This document shows, one piece after another, positions 42,505 to 53,168 of a stretch of 57,378 nucleotides of DNA. The position numbers and the translations under genes are program-made. Every line of letters begins with the position of its first letter. Position 1 is the stretch's first letter. The notes beneath the pieces are model-generated. The model searched no databases, had not been told where the DNA came from, and saw only the letters and a program-made list of their open reading frames with translations. Source of the DNA: Gammaproteobacteria bacterium (GTDB lineage Bacteria; Pseudomonadota; Gammaproteobacteria; JAKDMP01); the NCBI GenBank assembly GCA_050739575.1, contig JBOIBN010000004.1, positions 1 to 57,378 of the forward strand. The letters run 5' to 3'.

Positions 42505-44262
42505 ATGAAACGCGGCGGACTCGATCGCAAGGCTCTCGGCGTTTACCGCCGTCTGCTTGGCTACGCGCGGCCCTACTGGCCGGTGTTCGTGGTGGCACTG
42601 GTCGCGATGGTGGCCTACTCGCTCTCGCAGACCGCGTTTGCCGCCCTGATGAAGCCGCTGATGAACGGCGGCTTCGTGAATCACGACACGAGCGTGATCC
42701 GCATAGTCGCGCTCAAGATCCTGCTGCTCTTTCTCGGCCGCGGCATCGCGAGCTTCATCCTCAATTACTCCATGAGCTGGATCGGCCGCCACGTAATCCG
42801 GCAGCTGCGACAAACACTCTTCAACAAACTGCTCGCCCTGCCCACCGCATTCTTCGACGTCAACGCCACCGGCGTATTGCTCTCGAAGATGACCTACAAC
42901 AGCGAACAGGTCTCCGAATCCATCACCAACTCCGTGAAGGTGATCATCAACGACAGCGTGACGGTACTTTGCCTCCTCGGCTACATGATTTATCTGAACT
43001 GGCGGCTCACGTTGCTGGTGTTCGTGGTGGTGCCGGTGATCGGATTGCTCACGCGCTACGTCAGCCGCCGTTTCCGCCGGGTCTCCACGCGCATTCAGGA
43101 CAGCATGGGCGAAATCACGCGCGCAAGCGAGGAAGTGATCACCGGGCATCGCATGGTGAAGCTCTACAACGCGGAAACGGCCGAACGAGCCCGTTTCGAC
43201 GTGGCGAACGAAAAGAACCTCTCCGAGAACTTGAAGCTCGCCTTTACCAGTGCGGTATCCAATCCGCTGATCCAGTTCATCGCCGGAGTCGGGCTCGCCC
43301 TGGTGATCTACTTTCTCACCATCACGCCCCTGCGCGGCGGCAACTCGGTGGGCGACTTCGCCTCCTTCCTGACCGCGCTTACCTTGTTGCTGCCTCCGCT
43401 GCGCCGTCTTACCGACGTCAACGCGGCCATATCTCGAGGCGTTGCCGCCGGACAAAGCATTTTCGAGTTGTTCGATCTCGACGAAGAGCGCCGCGACGAA
43501 GGCCGTCCTTTAGCCCGCGCGCACGGACAACTCAAATTCGATGCCGTCACTTTTTCCTACAATCCGCGCAAGGGTCCGGTGCTGCATGCTGTAACGTTTC
43601 ACGCCGAGCCGGGTGAAGTCGTTGCGCTGATCGGGCGTTCCGGCAGCGGCAAAAGCACGCTCGCAAGTCTCGTTCCGCGCTTTTACGATCCGGACGACGG
43701 GCGCATCCTGCTCGACGGCGAAGATATCCGCGAACTGCGCCTGACGGATCTGCGCCGACAAATCGCGATGGTCACCCAAGACGTTGTTCTTTTCAACGAT
43801 ACCGTCGCCCACAACATCGTCTACGGCGCCACCGAAGAAGCCAGCATGGAGCAGATCCGCGAAGTGGCGCGTGCCGCCCAGATTCTCTCCGACATCGAAG
43901 CACTGCCGGACGGCTTCGACACCGTAATCGGCGAACGCGGAATCCTGCTCTCCGGCGGACAACGCCAGCGCATTGCCATCGCCCGCGCGCTGATCAAGGA
44001 TGCCCCGCTCCTGATCCTCGACGAGGCCACCTCCGCGCTCGACAGCGAATCCGAGCATCAAATCCAGCTTGCCTTCGATGAACTCATGCGCGGGCGCACG
44101 ACACTCGTCATTGCGCACCGCCTGTCCACGATCGAGCGAGCCGACCGGATTCTGGTGCTGGATCGCGGGAGAATCGTCGAGACCGGCACCCATGCCGAAC
44201 TGGTTTCCAGCGACGGGGTCTACGCCGGGCTGCATCGTTTGCAGATACGCCGCACGGCGTGA
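42505..44262 (+). CDS. msbA: Lipid A export ATP-binding/permease protein MsbA
   Basis: Six-TM domain plus a nucleotide-binding domain (GRSGSGKST, LSGGQRQRIAIARAL, ILDEATSALD). Followed by lpxK. Start at the internal ATG 42505. Confidence 0.9.
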   Translation: MKRGGLDRKALGVYRRLLGYARPYWPVFVVALVAMVAYSLSQTAFAALMKPLMNGGFVNHDTSVIRIVALKILLLFLGRGIASFILNYSMSWIGRHVIRQLRQTLFNKLLALPTAFFDVNATGVLLSKMTYNSEQVSESITNSVKVIINDSVTVLCLLGYMIYLNWRLTLLVFVVVPVIGLLTRYVSRRFRRVSTRIQDSMGEITRASEEVITGHRMVKLYNAETAERARFDVANEKNLSENLKLAFTSAVSNPLIQFIAGVGLALVIYFLTITPLRGGNSVGDFASFLTALTLLLPPLRRLTDVNAAISRGVAAGQSIFELFDLDEERRDEGRPLARAHGQLKFDAVTFSYNPRKGPVLHAVTFHAEPGEVVALIGRSGSGKSTLASLVPRFYDPDDGRILLDGEDIRELRLTDLRRQIAMVTQDVVLFNDTVAHNIVYGATEEASMEQIREVARAAQILSDIEALPDGFDTVIGERGILLSGGQRQRIAIARALIKDAPLLILDEATSALDSESEHQIQLAFDELMRGRTTLVIAHRLSTIERADRILVLDRGRIVETGTHAELVSSDGVYAGLHRLQIRRTA

Positions 44263-44303
44263 ACGTCAAATTCGCCGCCCGGTCCTGAAAGTTTCTTGGG
44301 GTC

Positions 44304-45320
44304 ATGACGAATCTTCGGGAAGGCTTGGCTCAACACCTGCAGTCGCAGTGGTACGCGGCCCGCGCCCCGTGGTTCCTGCTGCCGTTGAGCGGGTTGTTCA
44401 GTGCGGCTGCAGCATTGCGGAGGCTGCTTTACACCCATAGTGTGCTCGCCTCGATACGTCTCCCGACCCGCATTGTCGTAATCGGCAACGTCGCGGTTGG
44501 CGGCAGCGGCAAGACCCCGCTTGTCGCCTGGCTCGCGAAACGGTTAAGCGCGGAAAACGTCAAGGTCGGCATAGTCACCCGCGGCTACGGCGGCAGGAAT
44601 CGCGAACCGCACCGCGTCAACCCCGGCGCGACCGTCACAGACTCGGGCGACGAGGCGCTATGGCTCGCACGCACGACCGGCGTGCCTGTCGTTGCCGGCC
44701 GCGACCGGGTCGCCGCTGCGCGTCTGCTCATCGAAGGCTCCGGCCCGGACATCATCCTGAGCGACGACGGCCTGCAGCATTACCGCCTCGAGCGCGATCT
44801 GGAGATCGTCGCTGTGGACACGGAACGCGGCTTCGGCAACGGAGCACTCCTGCCGGCGGGCCCGCTGCGCGAACCGGCGAAACGCATCGGCTGGGCGGGT
44901 GCAGTGGTACTCAAGGGAAACGGGAATCCGCACCAACTGCCGCCGGGACCACCGGTATTTCGCATGCGCTACGAACTCGCCGATGCGGTCTCACTCGACG
45001 ACGGCGAAACGCAGCCGCTCGCCGCGTTCCGTGCTACACCGGTGCGAGCGCTTGCGGCAATTGCGGATCCGGAAAGTTTTTTCACTGCACTCGAACGCGC
45101 CGGGCTCGATGTGGAGCGCCATCCCCTGCCTGACCACGCGCCGATCGCCGAAGCAGTGAGAACCCTCCCCGTCGATCGGCCGCTCCTGATGACCGACAAG
45201 GACGCGGTAAAGCTCGCCGATGCGCCCGCCCACGCCTGGCGGGTGCCGCTTGCCATCGCCTTCACGGTGCCAGAGGCCGCCGCGCTGCTGACACTCGTGC
45301 GCGGGGCGAATATCCTATAG
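44304..45320 (+). CDS. lpxK: Tetraacyldisaccharide 4'-kinase
   Basis: GNVAVGGSGKTP P-loop, 338 aa, within the msbA-lpxK-kdsB context. Confidence 0.92.
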   Translation: MTNLREGLAQHLQSQWYAARAPWFLLPLSGLFSAAAALRRLLYTHSVLASIRLPTRIVVIGNVAVGGSGKTPLVAWLAKRLSAENVKVGIVTRGYGGRNREPHRVNPGATVTDSGDEALWLARTTGVPVVAGRDRVAAARLLIEGSGPDIILSDDGLQHYRLERDLEIVAVDTERGFGNGALLPAGPLREPAKRIGWAGAVVLKGNGNPHQLPPGPPVFRMRYELADAVSLDDGETQPLAAFRATPVRALAAIADPESFFTALERAGLDVERHPLPDHAPIAEAVRTLPVDRPLLMTDKDAVKLADAPAHAWRVPLAIAFTVPEAAALLTLVRGANIL

Positions 45321-45351
45321 TTGGCTGAATTCAGATTAACGGAGAAACACG

Positions 45352-45534
45352 ATGGATTCCATGCTGCTCGACATTCTGGTCTGCCCGATTTGCAAGGGAC
45401 CGCTCCAGTATGCCAAGGCGGAACAGGAGTTGATCTGTCGGGCGGATCGGCTGGCCTTTCCGATCCGCGACGATATCCCGGTCATGCTCGAGGACGAAGC
45501 GCGACGCATTGGCCTGGAGGAACTCGACCGGTGA
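45352..45534 (+). CDS. ycaR: Trm112/YcaR family small zinc-ribbon-like protein (UPF0434)
   Basis: [14 protein letters not shown]...[10 protein letters not shown], 60 aa, conserved between lpxK and kdsB. Confidence 0.88.
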   Translation: MDSMLLDILVCPICKGPLQYAKAEQELICRADRLAFPIRDDIPVMLEDEARRIGLEELDR

Positions 45535-46295
45535 GTTTCCGCGTCGCGATTCCGGCACGTTACGGAGCGAGCCGGCTGCCGGGCAAACCGCTGGTTATGA
45601 TCGCAGGCAAACCGCTGATCGCGCATGTCTGTGCCCGGGCGCTTGCGAGTTCGGCTTCCGAAGTCTGGGTGGCGACCGACGACGAACGCATTGCCGCCGC
45701 CTGCACGCCGCTGGGAGTGAAGGTTGCGATGACTTCAACGGCCTACGCCTCGGGTACCGATCGCATCGCCGAACTCGCGGCCCGCGAGGGCTGGGCAGCG
45801 GACGAGATCGTGCTGAACTTGCAGGGCGACGAGCCGCTAATGCCTCCGCACGCGATAGACGTGACCGCAGGTGCGCTCGCCGCCGCCCCCCAAGCGGCGA
45901 TGTCCACGCTGGCGGTGCGATTGTTCGACGAAGAGTCGTTCCGTGATCCGCACGTCGTCAAACTGGTGACCGATCTCGCCGGCTACGCGCTCTACTTCAG
46001 CCGCGCCCCGTTGCCGCGGCCGCGTGAACCCTTGAGCGGTGTACCAGCACAGGCGCTGCGTCACGTCGGTCTCTACGGATTTCGTGTCGCGACGCTTGCC
46101 CGGCTTGCGCTTGAGCCGCCCTGCGATCTGGAACGCGCCGAGGGACTCGAACAACTGCGCGCACTGTGGCTCGGTCTTCGCATCCGGGTCGAAGTCGTGG
46201 ACGAAGTGCCCATGGCCTCGGTGGATACGCCAGCCGACGTGAAACACGTGGAGAGGCTGATCGCGAACGGGCGGGAAACCGGGCTGTTGACGTGA
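45531..46295 (+). CDS. kdsB: 3-deoxy-manno-octulosonate cytidylyltransferase (CMP-KDO synthetase)
   Basis: [21 protein letters not shown] motif. The in-frame GTG at 45531 overlaps the ycaR TGA (GTGA). The track start at 45321 would overlap ycaR entirely. Confidence 0.9.
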   Translation: MSFRVAIPARYGASRLPGKPLVMIAGKPLIAHVCARALASSASEVWVATDDERIAAACTPLGVKVAMTSTAYASGTDRIAELAAREGWAADEIVLNLQGDEPLMPPHAIDVTAGALAAAPQAAMSTLAVRLFDEESFRDPHVVKLVTDLAGYALYFSRAPLPRPREPLSGVPAQALRHVGLYGFRVATLARLALEPPCDLERAEGLEQLRALWLGLRIRVEVVDEVPMASVDTPADVKHVERLIANGRETGLLT

Positions 46296-46756
46296 GGCGG
46301 GTGCTCTTCGTGTGCATGGGCAATATCTGCCGTTCGCCGCTCGCGGAGGCAGCGCTGCGCAACCGGGCGGCTGCACGGGGAGTCGAAGTAGATGCGCAAT
46401 CCGCGGCAACTCACGCCTGGCATCTGGGCGAGGGTGCGGATCCGCGGGCAATCAATGCGGGACGCACACGCGGCTACGAGCTATCCACCCATCGTGCACG
46501 ACAGGTTGTCACGGGCGACTTTCTGCACCACGAATTCATTCTCGCGATGGACCGCGGCAATCTCGGTCGGCTACAGCGTTTTGCGCCGGCCGGGAGCACC
46601 GGACGCATTGCTTTGCTGCTCGAACACGCACCCGAAACCGATGCCGACGAGATCCCCGACCCCTATTACGGCGGCGCACACGCCTTCGAGCGTGCGCTCG
46701 ATCTCATAGATGCCGCGGTGGAGAGGCTTCTCGATGAATTTGCCGCACCGGCGTAG
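46292..46756 (+). CDS. ptp: Low-molecular-weight protein tyrosine phosphatase
   Basis: VLFVCMGNICRSP (CX5R P-loop) and DPYYG. The GTG at 46292 overlaps the kdsB TGA (GTGA). Confidence 0.88.
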   Translation: MRRVLFVCMGNICRSPLAEAALRNRAAARGVEVDAQSAATHAWHLGEGADPRAINAGRTRGYELSTHRARQVVTGDFLHHEFILAMDRGNLGRLQRFAPAGSTGRIALLLEHAPETDADEIPDPYYGGAHAFERALDLIDAAVERLLDEFAAPA

Positions 46757-46834
46757 GCGAAAACGTCTAGGCATCGCGACAGCATCCGTCTTGCCTGCTC
46801 CTTGACTGTTGGGGAGGCGGTATTTGCGCGGCGG

Positions 46835-49156
46835 CTAAACTTTTTCGTTTTCTCCGGCGTTGGCGTTTTCCTGCGCCTGTTCGCGTTCGTAGAGCGCGGC
46901 CAGATGCGGAGTTTCGCTCGTGCTCACGGCAACCCTTTCCCGTCGTTCCCCGGGTTGGTTGGGCGACGCCGGTGGCACGCTTGTTTCGGCAGCGGACGAT
47001 CGGCCCGACATATTTTCGTTTTCGCTCGGGCTGCCGCTCAAGGGAGTTTCGGCCGAAGAATTTTCGTGTTTCACGAGGCGGTTCGCGCCTGCACCACCGC
47101 CATCGGCACCACCGCGGCCGCGCCGCCGCCGACCGCCGCGGTGACCGCGCCGCGTGCGCGAACGTGCAGATCCCGCACCTTCGCCGACGTTCACGCCCTC
47201 ACCGTTACCCCGACGCTCGGATTGCAAGGGCGCAGACCCTACCCGGGGACTCGTCTGCTCGGGCGGCTTCGAATCCGTCTTTCCGTACGCCGGATCAACC
47301 CTTTTTTCGGGCGCCGGTTTGCGCACACCGTTGCGTCGAATGTTGTCGCGCCCTCCTCGAGTACGGGCAGCGTCATTGCCGACACGGCGGTTGCCGCCGC
47401 TACCCCTTGGCTGCGTTCGTTGCGCATTACCACGGCTCGGTGGCTGGGCCGGTTTTTGCTCCGGTTTATCCGCTTGTGTAGCGCGCGTCTTAGAGGCACG
47501 CATCGCAATGATCAGCCGTGCGAACCAGCCGGGGCGCCGCGCACGCGCGGCTTGCGGCGGCGGTGCACCGGGACGCAGGTTGCTCACCGCGGGCGTCTCG
47601 CCATGCGCCCCGCGCACCGGCAAAACGGCCGGCTCGGGCGTTTCGACCACCGTGTGCGAAGGCTGCTGCATGGATTCGGCGAGCTGATCGTCGCGAATGC
47701 GCTCGACCCTGAATGCAGGCGTGTCCATGTGCGGGTTCGGAATGATGACGACCGACACCCGCGAGCGCGCCTCGGTTTCCGCCACCGCTGCCCGCTTTTC
47801 GTTGATGAGATAGGTCGCGACCTCGACCGGCAACTCGGCCACCACTCGGGCGGTACGCTCCTTGACGGCATCCTCCTGAATCAGACGCAGCACTGAAATC
47901 GCGAGCGATTCGATCGAACGAATCATGCCCTTGCCTTCGCAGCGCGGGCAGCGCTCGAGGACCGCTTCACCGAGTGAGGGACGCAGGCGCTGACGCGACA
48001 GTTCGAGCAGGCCGAAGCGGGAAATGCGTCCGACCTGCACCCGCGCGCGATCTAATTCCAGCGCTTTGTTAAGGCGCTGCTCGACTTCGCGGATGTGCTG
48101 GGTGGATTCCATGTCAATGAAGTCCACAACCACCAGGCCGCCCAGATCGCGCACGCGCAACTGACGGGCAATCTCGTCCGCCGCCTCGAGATTGGTGTTG
48201 AGAGCGGTTTCCTTGATGTCGCTGCCCTGCGTCGCGCGCGCCGAATTGACGTCTACCGCAACCAGCGCCTCGGCCGCATCGAAAACTACCGCTCCACCGG
48301 AGGGCAGGCGCACCAGACGCTGGTAGGCCGCGTCAATGTAGCTCTCGATCTGGAACCGCGTAAACAGCGGAACCCGATCCTCGTAGAGCTTGAGCTTCGG
48401 GAGCTGTTGCGGCATCACCATCTCGACGAAGGCGTGGGCCTCCTCATATACGCGCGCATCGTCAACGAGGATTTCGCCGATGTCGGAGGTGAAATGATCG
48501 CGCAGCGCCCGGATGATGACGTTCGATTCCTGGTAGATCAGAAACGGCGCCGGGCGCGCCTCGGCGGCCTGCCGGATCGCCTCCCAGATGCTGACCAGGT
48601 AATCGAGATCCCACTTAATCTGCTCTAGGTTGCGCCCGACGCCGGCCGTGCGCACGATTGCGCCCATGCCGTCGGGGACGGGAAGCTCAGACAGAATCTC
48701 GCGGATCTCGTCGCGATCCTCGCCCTCAATGCGCCGCGACACACCGCCGGCGCGCGGATTGTTGGGCATGAGGACGAGATAACGCCCCGCGAGGGTCACA
48801 TAGGTGGTGAGCGCCGCACCCTTGCTGCCGCGTTCTTCCTTTTCGACCTGAACGATGACTTCCTGGCCTTCCCTGACCGCGTCCGTGACGGCCAGCCGCT
48901 GGCCCTGGGCGGGCGCGGCGTGATGATAATCGGGCGCAATCTGGCGCAGGGGGAGAAAGCCGTGGCGTTCGGCACCGTATTCGACAAAACAGGCTTCAAG
49001 ACTGGGTTCGATCCGCGCTACGCGGCCCTTGTAGATATTCGCCTTCTTCTGTTCCCGGCTGGGAACCTCGACATCGAGATCGTAGAGTTCCTGGCCGTCC
49101 ACCAGAGCAACGCGCAGCTCTTCCGGCTGGGTTGCGTTGATTAGCATCCGTTTCAT
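46835..49156 (-). CDS. rne: Ribonuclease E
   Basis: [22 protein letters not shown]...: S1 domain and catalytic core, followed by an Arg/Pro-rich low-complexity C-terminal scaffold. Divergent from rluC, as in E. coli. Confidence 0.95.
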   Translation of the reverse strand: MKRMLINATQPEELRVALVDGQELYDLDVEVPSREQKKANIYKGRVARIEPSLEACFVEYGAERHGFLPLRQIAPDYHHAAPAQGQRLAVTDAVREGQEVIVQVEKEERGSKGAALTTYVTLAGRYLVLMPNNPRAGGVSRRIEGEDRDEIREILSELPVPDGMGAIVRTAGVGRNLEQIKWDLDYLVSIWEAIRQAAEARPAPFLIYQESNVIIRALRDHFTSDIGEILVDDARVYEEAHAFVEMVMPQQLPKLKLYEDRVPLFTRFQIESYIDAAYQRLVRLPSGGAVVFDAAEALVAVDVNSARATQGSDIKETALNTNLEAADEIARQLRVRDLGGLVVVDFIDMESTQHIREVEQRLNKALELDRARVQVGRISRFGLLELSRQRLRPSLGEAVLERCPRCEGKGMIRSIESLAISVLRLIQEDAVKERTARVVAELPVEVATYLINEKRAAVAETEARSRVSVVIIPNPHMDTPAFRVERIRDDQLAESMQQPSHTVVETPEPAVLPVRGAHGETPAVSNLRPGAPPPQAARARRPGWFARLIIAMRASKTRATQADKPEQKPAQPPSRGNAQRTQPRGSGGNRRVGNDAARTRGGRDNIRRNGVRKPAPEKRVDPAYGKTDSKPPEQTSPRVGSAPLQSERRGNGEGVNVGEGAGSARSRTRRGHRGGRRRRGRGGADGGGAGANRLVKHENSSAETPLSGSPSENENMSGRSSAAETSVPPASPNQPGERRERVAVSTSETPHLAALYEREQAQENANAGENEKV

Positions 49157-49475
49157 GTTGTAAACACCCGTACTGGGCGCTCGCGCCGGCGCACGATGGT
49201 TGTTCAGCGTGACGGGAAGACCGATTGCAGAAAGCGGGCGCCCGAGCCACTATGTCGGACGCCGGGGAATCGTCTCCACCTGTCTCAGCGCTTTGCAACC
49301 ATGCGCCTTGCATGGGAGCGCCGTCCACTCAAATCCGCCGTAAAGCCGGCGGCCTGAAGAAACCTTGTCTGCATATCGTGGGCACTAAGGCGCCCTGCTT
49401 GACGATGTAAAGACACGCCGCCCCACGGGCGGTTCGCATACTATAGCAGAATATCGAGACTGGACATAAAGTCTT

Positions 49476-50456
49476 TTGCCGAATAAACAAACGCTTGCAG
49501 CCGCCGCCGAGATCCGCCAAGAAGTGCGCCGGCTGCGGATCAGCGCCGAGGATGCCGGTCGGCGACTGGATAATTTTGTCGCGAGCGAATTGAAGGGCGT
49601 GCCACGCGGCCACCTCTATCGGCTGCTGCGCACTGGTCAGGTGCGGGTGAATGGCGGGCGTCGCGGCGCCGACTACCGTCTCGTTGCGGGCGATGAACTG
49701 CGCCTGCCCCCAGTGCGAATCGCCGAACGGACTCAGAGCGTGGGCCCGCTGAAGCGCGTGTCGGCCGTGCTCGTGGCGGGGATCCTTTACGAGGATGCGG
49801 CGCTGCTCGTCGTCGCCAAGCCCTCGGGCCTGCCTGTGCACGGCGGCAGCGGTCTCGACGGCGGGCTGATCGAGGCCCTGCGCACGCTTCGCGCCGAGCC
49901 GGGACTCGAACTCGTACATCGTCTCGATCGCGACACTTCCGGGTGCATTCTGATTGCTCGGCGCAAAAGCGCTCTGCGCACCCTGCACGCCGCGTTTCGC
50001 ACAGGCGACGTCGAAAAGCAATACCTCGCGCTGTTGGTCGGACGAATCGAACGGGAGTTTGTGAGCAGTGCGCCGCTCAGGCGCTACGTCAAACGCGGCG
50101 GCGAGCGCCACGTCGCGGTGGCCGACGACGGACGGGCCGCGGTCACACACTTTCGTCCGCTTGCGCCAGGTGCGGATACGACGCTGGTCGTGGTCGAACC
50201 CGACACTGGACGTACACACCAGATCCGGGTGCATGCCGCGCACGCGGGCCACCCGGTTGCCGGGGATCCCCGTTACGGGGACAAGACGGCCAATCGCGCG
50301 TTAAAGGCCGCAGGCCTGACCCGCCTCGCCCTGCACGCCGCCCGCATTTCATTTTCTCATCCGCAAACCGGCGTACGTCACGTCGTCGAGGCGCCGCTCC
50401 CCGCAGATCTCGAACGCATCATCGGCAGACTCACCAATGGAGGCACAAGAAATTAG
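49476..50456 (+). CDS. rluC: 23S rRNA pseudouridine synthase RluC-like (RluA family)
   Basis: S4 domain (RLDNFVASELKGVPRGHLYRLLRTGQVRVNG) and catalytic HRLDRDTSG. TTG start per the track. Confidence 0.88.
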   Translation: MPNKQTLAAAAEIRQEVRRLRISAEDAGRRLDNFVASELKGVPRGHLYRLLRTGQVRVNGGRRGADYRLVAGDELRLPPVRIAERTQSVGPLKRVSAVLVAGILYEDAALLVVAKPSGLPVHGGSGLDGGLIEALRTLRAEPGLELVHRLDRDTSGCILIARRKSALRTLHAAFRTGDVEKQYLALLVGRIEREFVSSAPLRRYVKRGGERHVAVADDGRAAVTHFRPLAPGADTTLVVVEPDTGRTHQIRVHAAHAGHPVAGDPRYGDKTANRALKAAGLTRLALHAARISFSHPQTGVRHVVEAPLPADLERIIGRLTNGGTRN

Positions 50457-50829
50457 AATTCCGGTGATAAAATCCATTTTCAGATGCCATGTTTTGTTGC
50501 GACCCGCGGGGTCGTGGAAAGGAATCTTGTACCTAGTAAATGAAGCTCTGAATTTATTCGGGATTTCCGAGTGGTGCATGGATGCACCACCGTGAATTAA
50601 GCCCGCGAGGGCTTGATCCCGCGTAAGCCGACTTCAGACATATGCCTGTCTGCATGCGGATGAGCATGGGCAGACCCGACTTGCCGCCAATGAGTCGATT
50701 CACGGATGAATTGATCAAAGTTTCCTAAAATAGACCTGATCGAGGCCGTAATGATTGCATCAAGAATCGTATTAGATGACAAGACACGTCTTTGACCGCG
50801 TATTTTTTAATATTGCATGAGGGCGGTTT

Positions 50830-53070
50830 ATGAAATCTAGCAATACCATGCAAGACAATCCTGCGGCTGATCCGGATATGCCGGTTCGGCAGCGTTTTCA
50901 TGGCGCGGCATTATTCGCCGTCATTCTTCCCGTCGGTCTGGCCGCTGCGCTGGCCTTTCTCACAACGCTCAGCGCGCCGGCCTCGCAAGCCGATCCGGCA
51001 GCGAACGCGGTAAAAAAGGCACTACCCGGATTGTTGCTTCCCTTTATCGCCAATTCCGGGCAATTAGACCCGCGGGTCGCTTTCTATGCGCACACCTATG
51101 CCGGCACGGCCTTTTTGACCAACAGTGGAGATCTGGTTATGAGCTTGCCGCCGCACGGGCAGGCTCATATAGCTAGAGCACATGGTTGGACACTGATTGA
51201 GCGCCCCGTGAGTTCTGCCCACCTCGGTCCCGTCGGCGTTGGGCAGACTCGCACCCATGTGAGCGTGTTTCGCGGGAACGACCCGCATCGCGAGAGAACG
51301 AGCGGGCTCGCGACGTTTAGAACGGTGCAATTGGGCCATCCCTGGCCCGGCGTGAGTCTCGACTATCGCGCATACGGAAATCATGTGGAGCGGATTTTCA
51401 CGCTAGAACCAGGTGCACGGGCAGGTGAGATTCGTATGCAACTCAAAGGAGCCGAACGGCTGTATCTGCAGGATGGCGAACTCTTGGCCCGGACTGGGGT
51501 GGGGACCGTGCGCCTGAGTCGTCCAGTAGCGATGCAGGAGATTGACGGCAGCTACCAAAACGTTTCTGCATCCTACACGCTCAAAGACGATGTGTACGGC
51601 TTTCGTCTGGGGCCGCACGACGCGACGAAGCCGGTGATCATTGATCCGATCCTTCGCACAACTTACCTCGGAACGCCCGCTTACGACGACGGAATGGCGA
51701 TCGCACTGGGCCCGGATGGCTCGGTCTACGTTACCGGCCTGGTTTGGGGAGTTCATTTTCCCGGCACTGCAGGAGGGGCCCAACCTACTATTGGCGGGAG
51801 TCAGGACGCGTTTATCAGCCGTCTCTCCCCCGATCTGAGCCAAATCCTACAATCTACTTATCTTGGGGGGAGTGGTTCGGATATGGCTGACGCGATTACC
51901 GTTGCGCCCGATACCGGCAACGTGTACGTCGTCGGGCGGACGAATTCGACCGATTTTCCCGGAACGGCCGGAGGGGCGCAACCCACCAGAGGGGGGGACT
52001 ACGACGCATTTGTGACAATCCTGAACTCCAGTCTGACGCAGTTGATTCAGTCCACGTACTTGGGGGGCTCGGGTCATGACGAAGGGTGGTCAATAGTCAT
52101 ATCGCCCGACAGCGGCAACGTGTATGTCGGAGGGTGGACCAATTCGGCAGACTTTCCGGGGACTGCGGGCGGTGCACAGCCTACTTACGGAGGCGCTCAA
52201 GACGGTTTTGTCGTTGAACTCACGCCGAATCTCCATCGTCTGCTTCAAGCGACTTATGTGGGTGGTTCGGGGGAGGATTGGGGCTTCGGTTTGACTTACG
52301 CATCTGGCGTCGGACTTTATTTTGTCGGCGGCACCTCGTCGCAAGACTTTCCCGGTGCTCCTACCCAAGAACCCGAAGAAAATGCTTTTGTTGTTCGGTT
52401 GAACGGAAAGCTTACCCGTTTTATAAACACCCTGGTTTTCGGGGGATCCGGCCTTGACGAAGCGCGTCGGGTGCTGTGGATTCCCAACTCGGGAAAAGGC
52501 GCGATTTATGTGAGCGGTATTACAGGCTCGACGGACTTCCCCGCCACTGCGGGCGGTGCCCAACCGACTTACGGTGGCGGCCAAACCGATGTTTTCGTTG
52601 CGGAGATGGGAATCAACCTTCACGGTATAGCCCAGGCCACCTACTTCGGTGGCAACGCTCAGGATGACGTCCGTATGGTGCTCGGGTTCAATTCTTCAAC
52701 CCAGACGCTGTATATCGCAGGGATGACCCGCTCGACCAATCTTCCGGCGACAGCGGGAGGAGCGCAACCGTTTTGTCGCGATTTGAAGGCACAGGGACAG
52801 GTGTGCGGCAAGGGCGATGGGTTCGTGGCTAGCCTCAATCTTCCTCTAACCGAAATCCTGCAGGCGACCTATTTTGGAGCGGACCAGCACGACGGCGTCC
52901 ACGGACTTGCTATCGCGCCCAGTACCGGCAACGTCTACATATCATTCGGCACGATGTCCACGGATCTCCTTAACACCCAAGGAGCCCCGCAACCGAATTT
53001 TGCCGGCGGGGCTCGCGACGCCGGTGTTTCCCTGTTGACCCCCGACTTACAGACGGGGGCCGGTAACTGA
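50830..53070 (+). CDS. Secreted SBBP (beta-propeller) repeat protein
   Basis: 746 aa with an N-terminal hydrophobic signal or anchor. The LLLPFIANSGQLDPRVAFYA motif is typical of the N-domain of SBBP proteins. About seven repeats follow, of the form YLGGSG.D....I...DG.VYV.G.T.S.DFPGTAGGAQPT.GG..DAFV..L. GC is about 50-58% on the lines I sampled. Confidence 0.8.
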   Translation: MKSSNTMQDNPAADPDMPVRQRFHGAALFAVILPVGLAAALAFLTTLSAPASQADPAANAVKKALPGLLLPFIANSGQLDPRVAFYAHTYAGTAFLTNSGDLVMSLPPHGQAHIARAHGWTLIERPVSSAHLGPVGVGQTRTHVSVFRGNDPHRERTSGLATFRTVQLGHPWPGVSLDYRAYGNHVERIFTLEPGARAGEIRMQLKGAERLYLQDGELLARTGVGTVRLSRPVAMQEIDGSYQNVSASYTLKDDVYGFRLGPHDATKPVIIDPILRTTYLGTPAYDDGMAIALGPDGSVYVTGLVWGVHFPGTAGGAQPTIGGSQDAFISRLSPDLSQILQSTYLGGSGSDMADAITVAPDTGNVYVVGRTNSTDFPGTAGGAQPTRGGDYDAFVTILNSSLTQLIQSTYLGGSGHDEGWSIVISPDSGNVYVGGWTNSADFPGTAGGAQPTYGGAQDGFVVELTPNLHRLLQATYVGGSGEDWGFGLTYASGVGLYFVGGTSSQDFPGAPTQEPEENAFVVRLNGKLTRFINTLVFGGSGLDEARRVLWIPNSGKGAIYVSGITGSTDFPATAGGAQPTYGGGQTDVFVAEMGINLHGIAQATYFGGNAQDDVRMVLGFNSSTQTLYIAGMTRSTNLPATAGGAQPFCRDLKAQGQVCGKGDGFVASLNLPLTEILQATYFGADQHDGVHGLAIAPSTGNVYISFGTMSTDLLNTQGAPQPNFAGGARDAGVSLLTPDLQTGAGN

Positions 53071-53077
53071 TCTGCTC

Positions 53078-53108
53078 AGGAGGGGATGAATTGCTCATCC
53101 CCTCCTTT
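53078..53108 (+). terminator. Rho-independent-like terminator after the SBBP gene
   Basis: AGGAGGGGATGA-ATTGC-TCATCCCCTCCT: a 12-bp perfect stem followed by TT. Confidence 0.65.
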
Positions 53109-53168
53109 CCGGACGTAGAAAGTGAACCCTCACTCCCGGCATCACGACGGGGCACACCGACAGACGGC

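Noticed and set aside
50597-50782. 61-aa minus-strand ORF in the rluC-SBBP spacer
   Set aside because: It has no Shine-Dalgarno sequence, no recognisable motif, and odd composition (His-rich), and it lies in a hairpin-rich non-coding-looking spacer. Evidence is insufficient to call a gene.
51700-52900. Periodic DNA repeats within the SBBP gene, considered as a possible CRISPR or tandem-repeat array
   Set aside because: The periodicity is about 165-180 nt, imperfect and in frame, and corresponds to protein beta-propeller blades. There is no short identical repeat and spacer structure.
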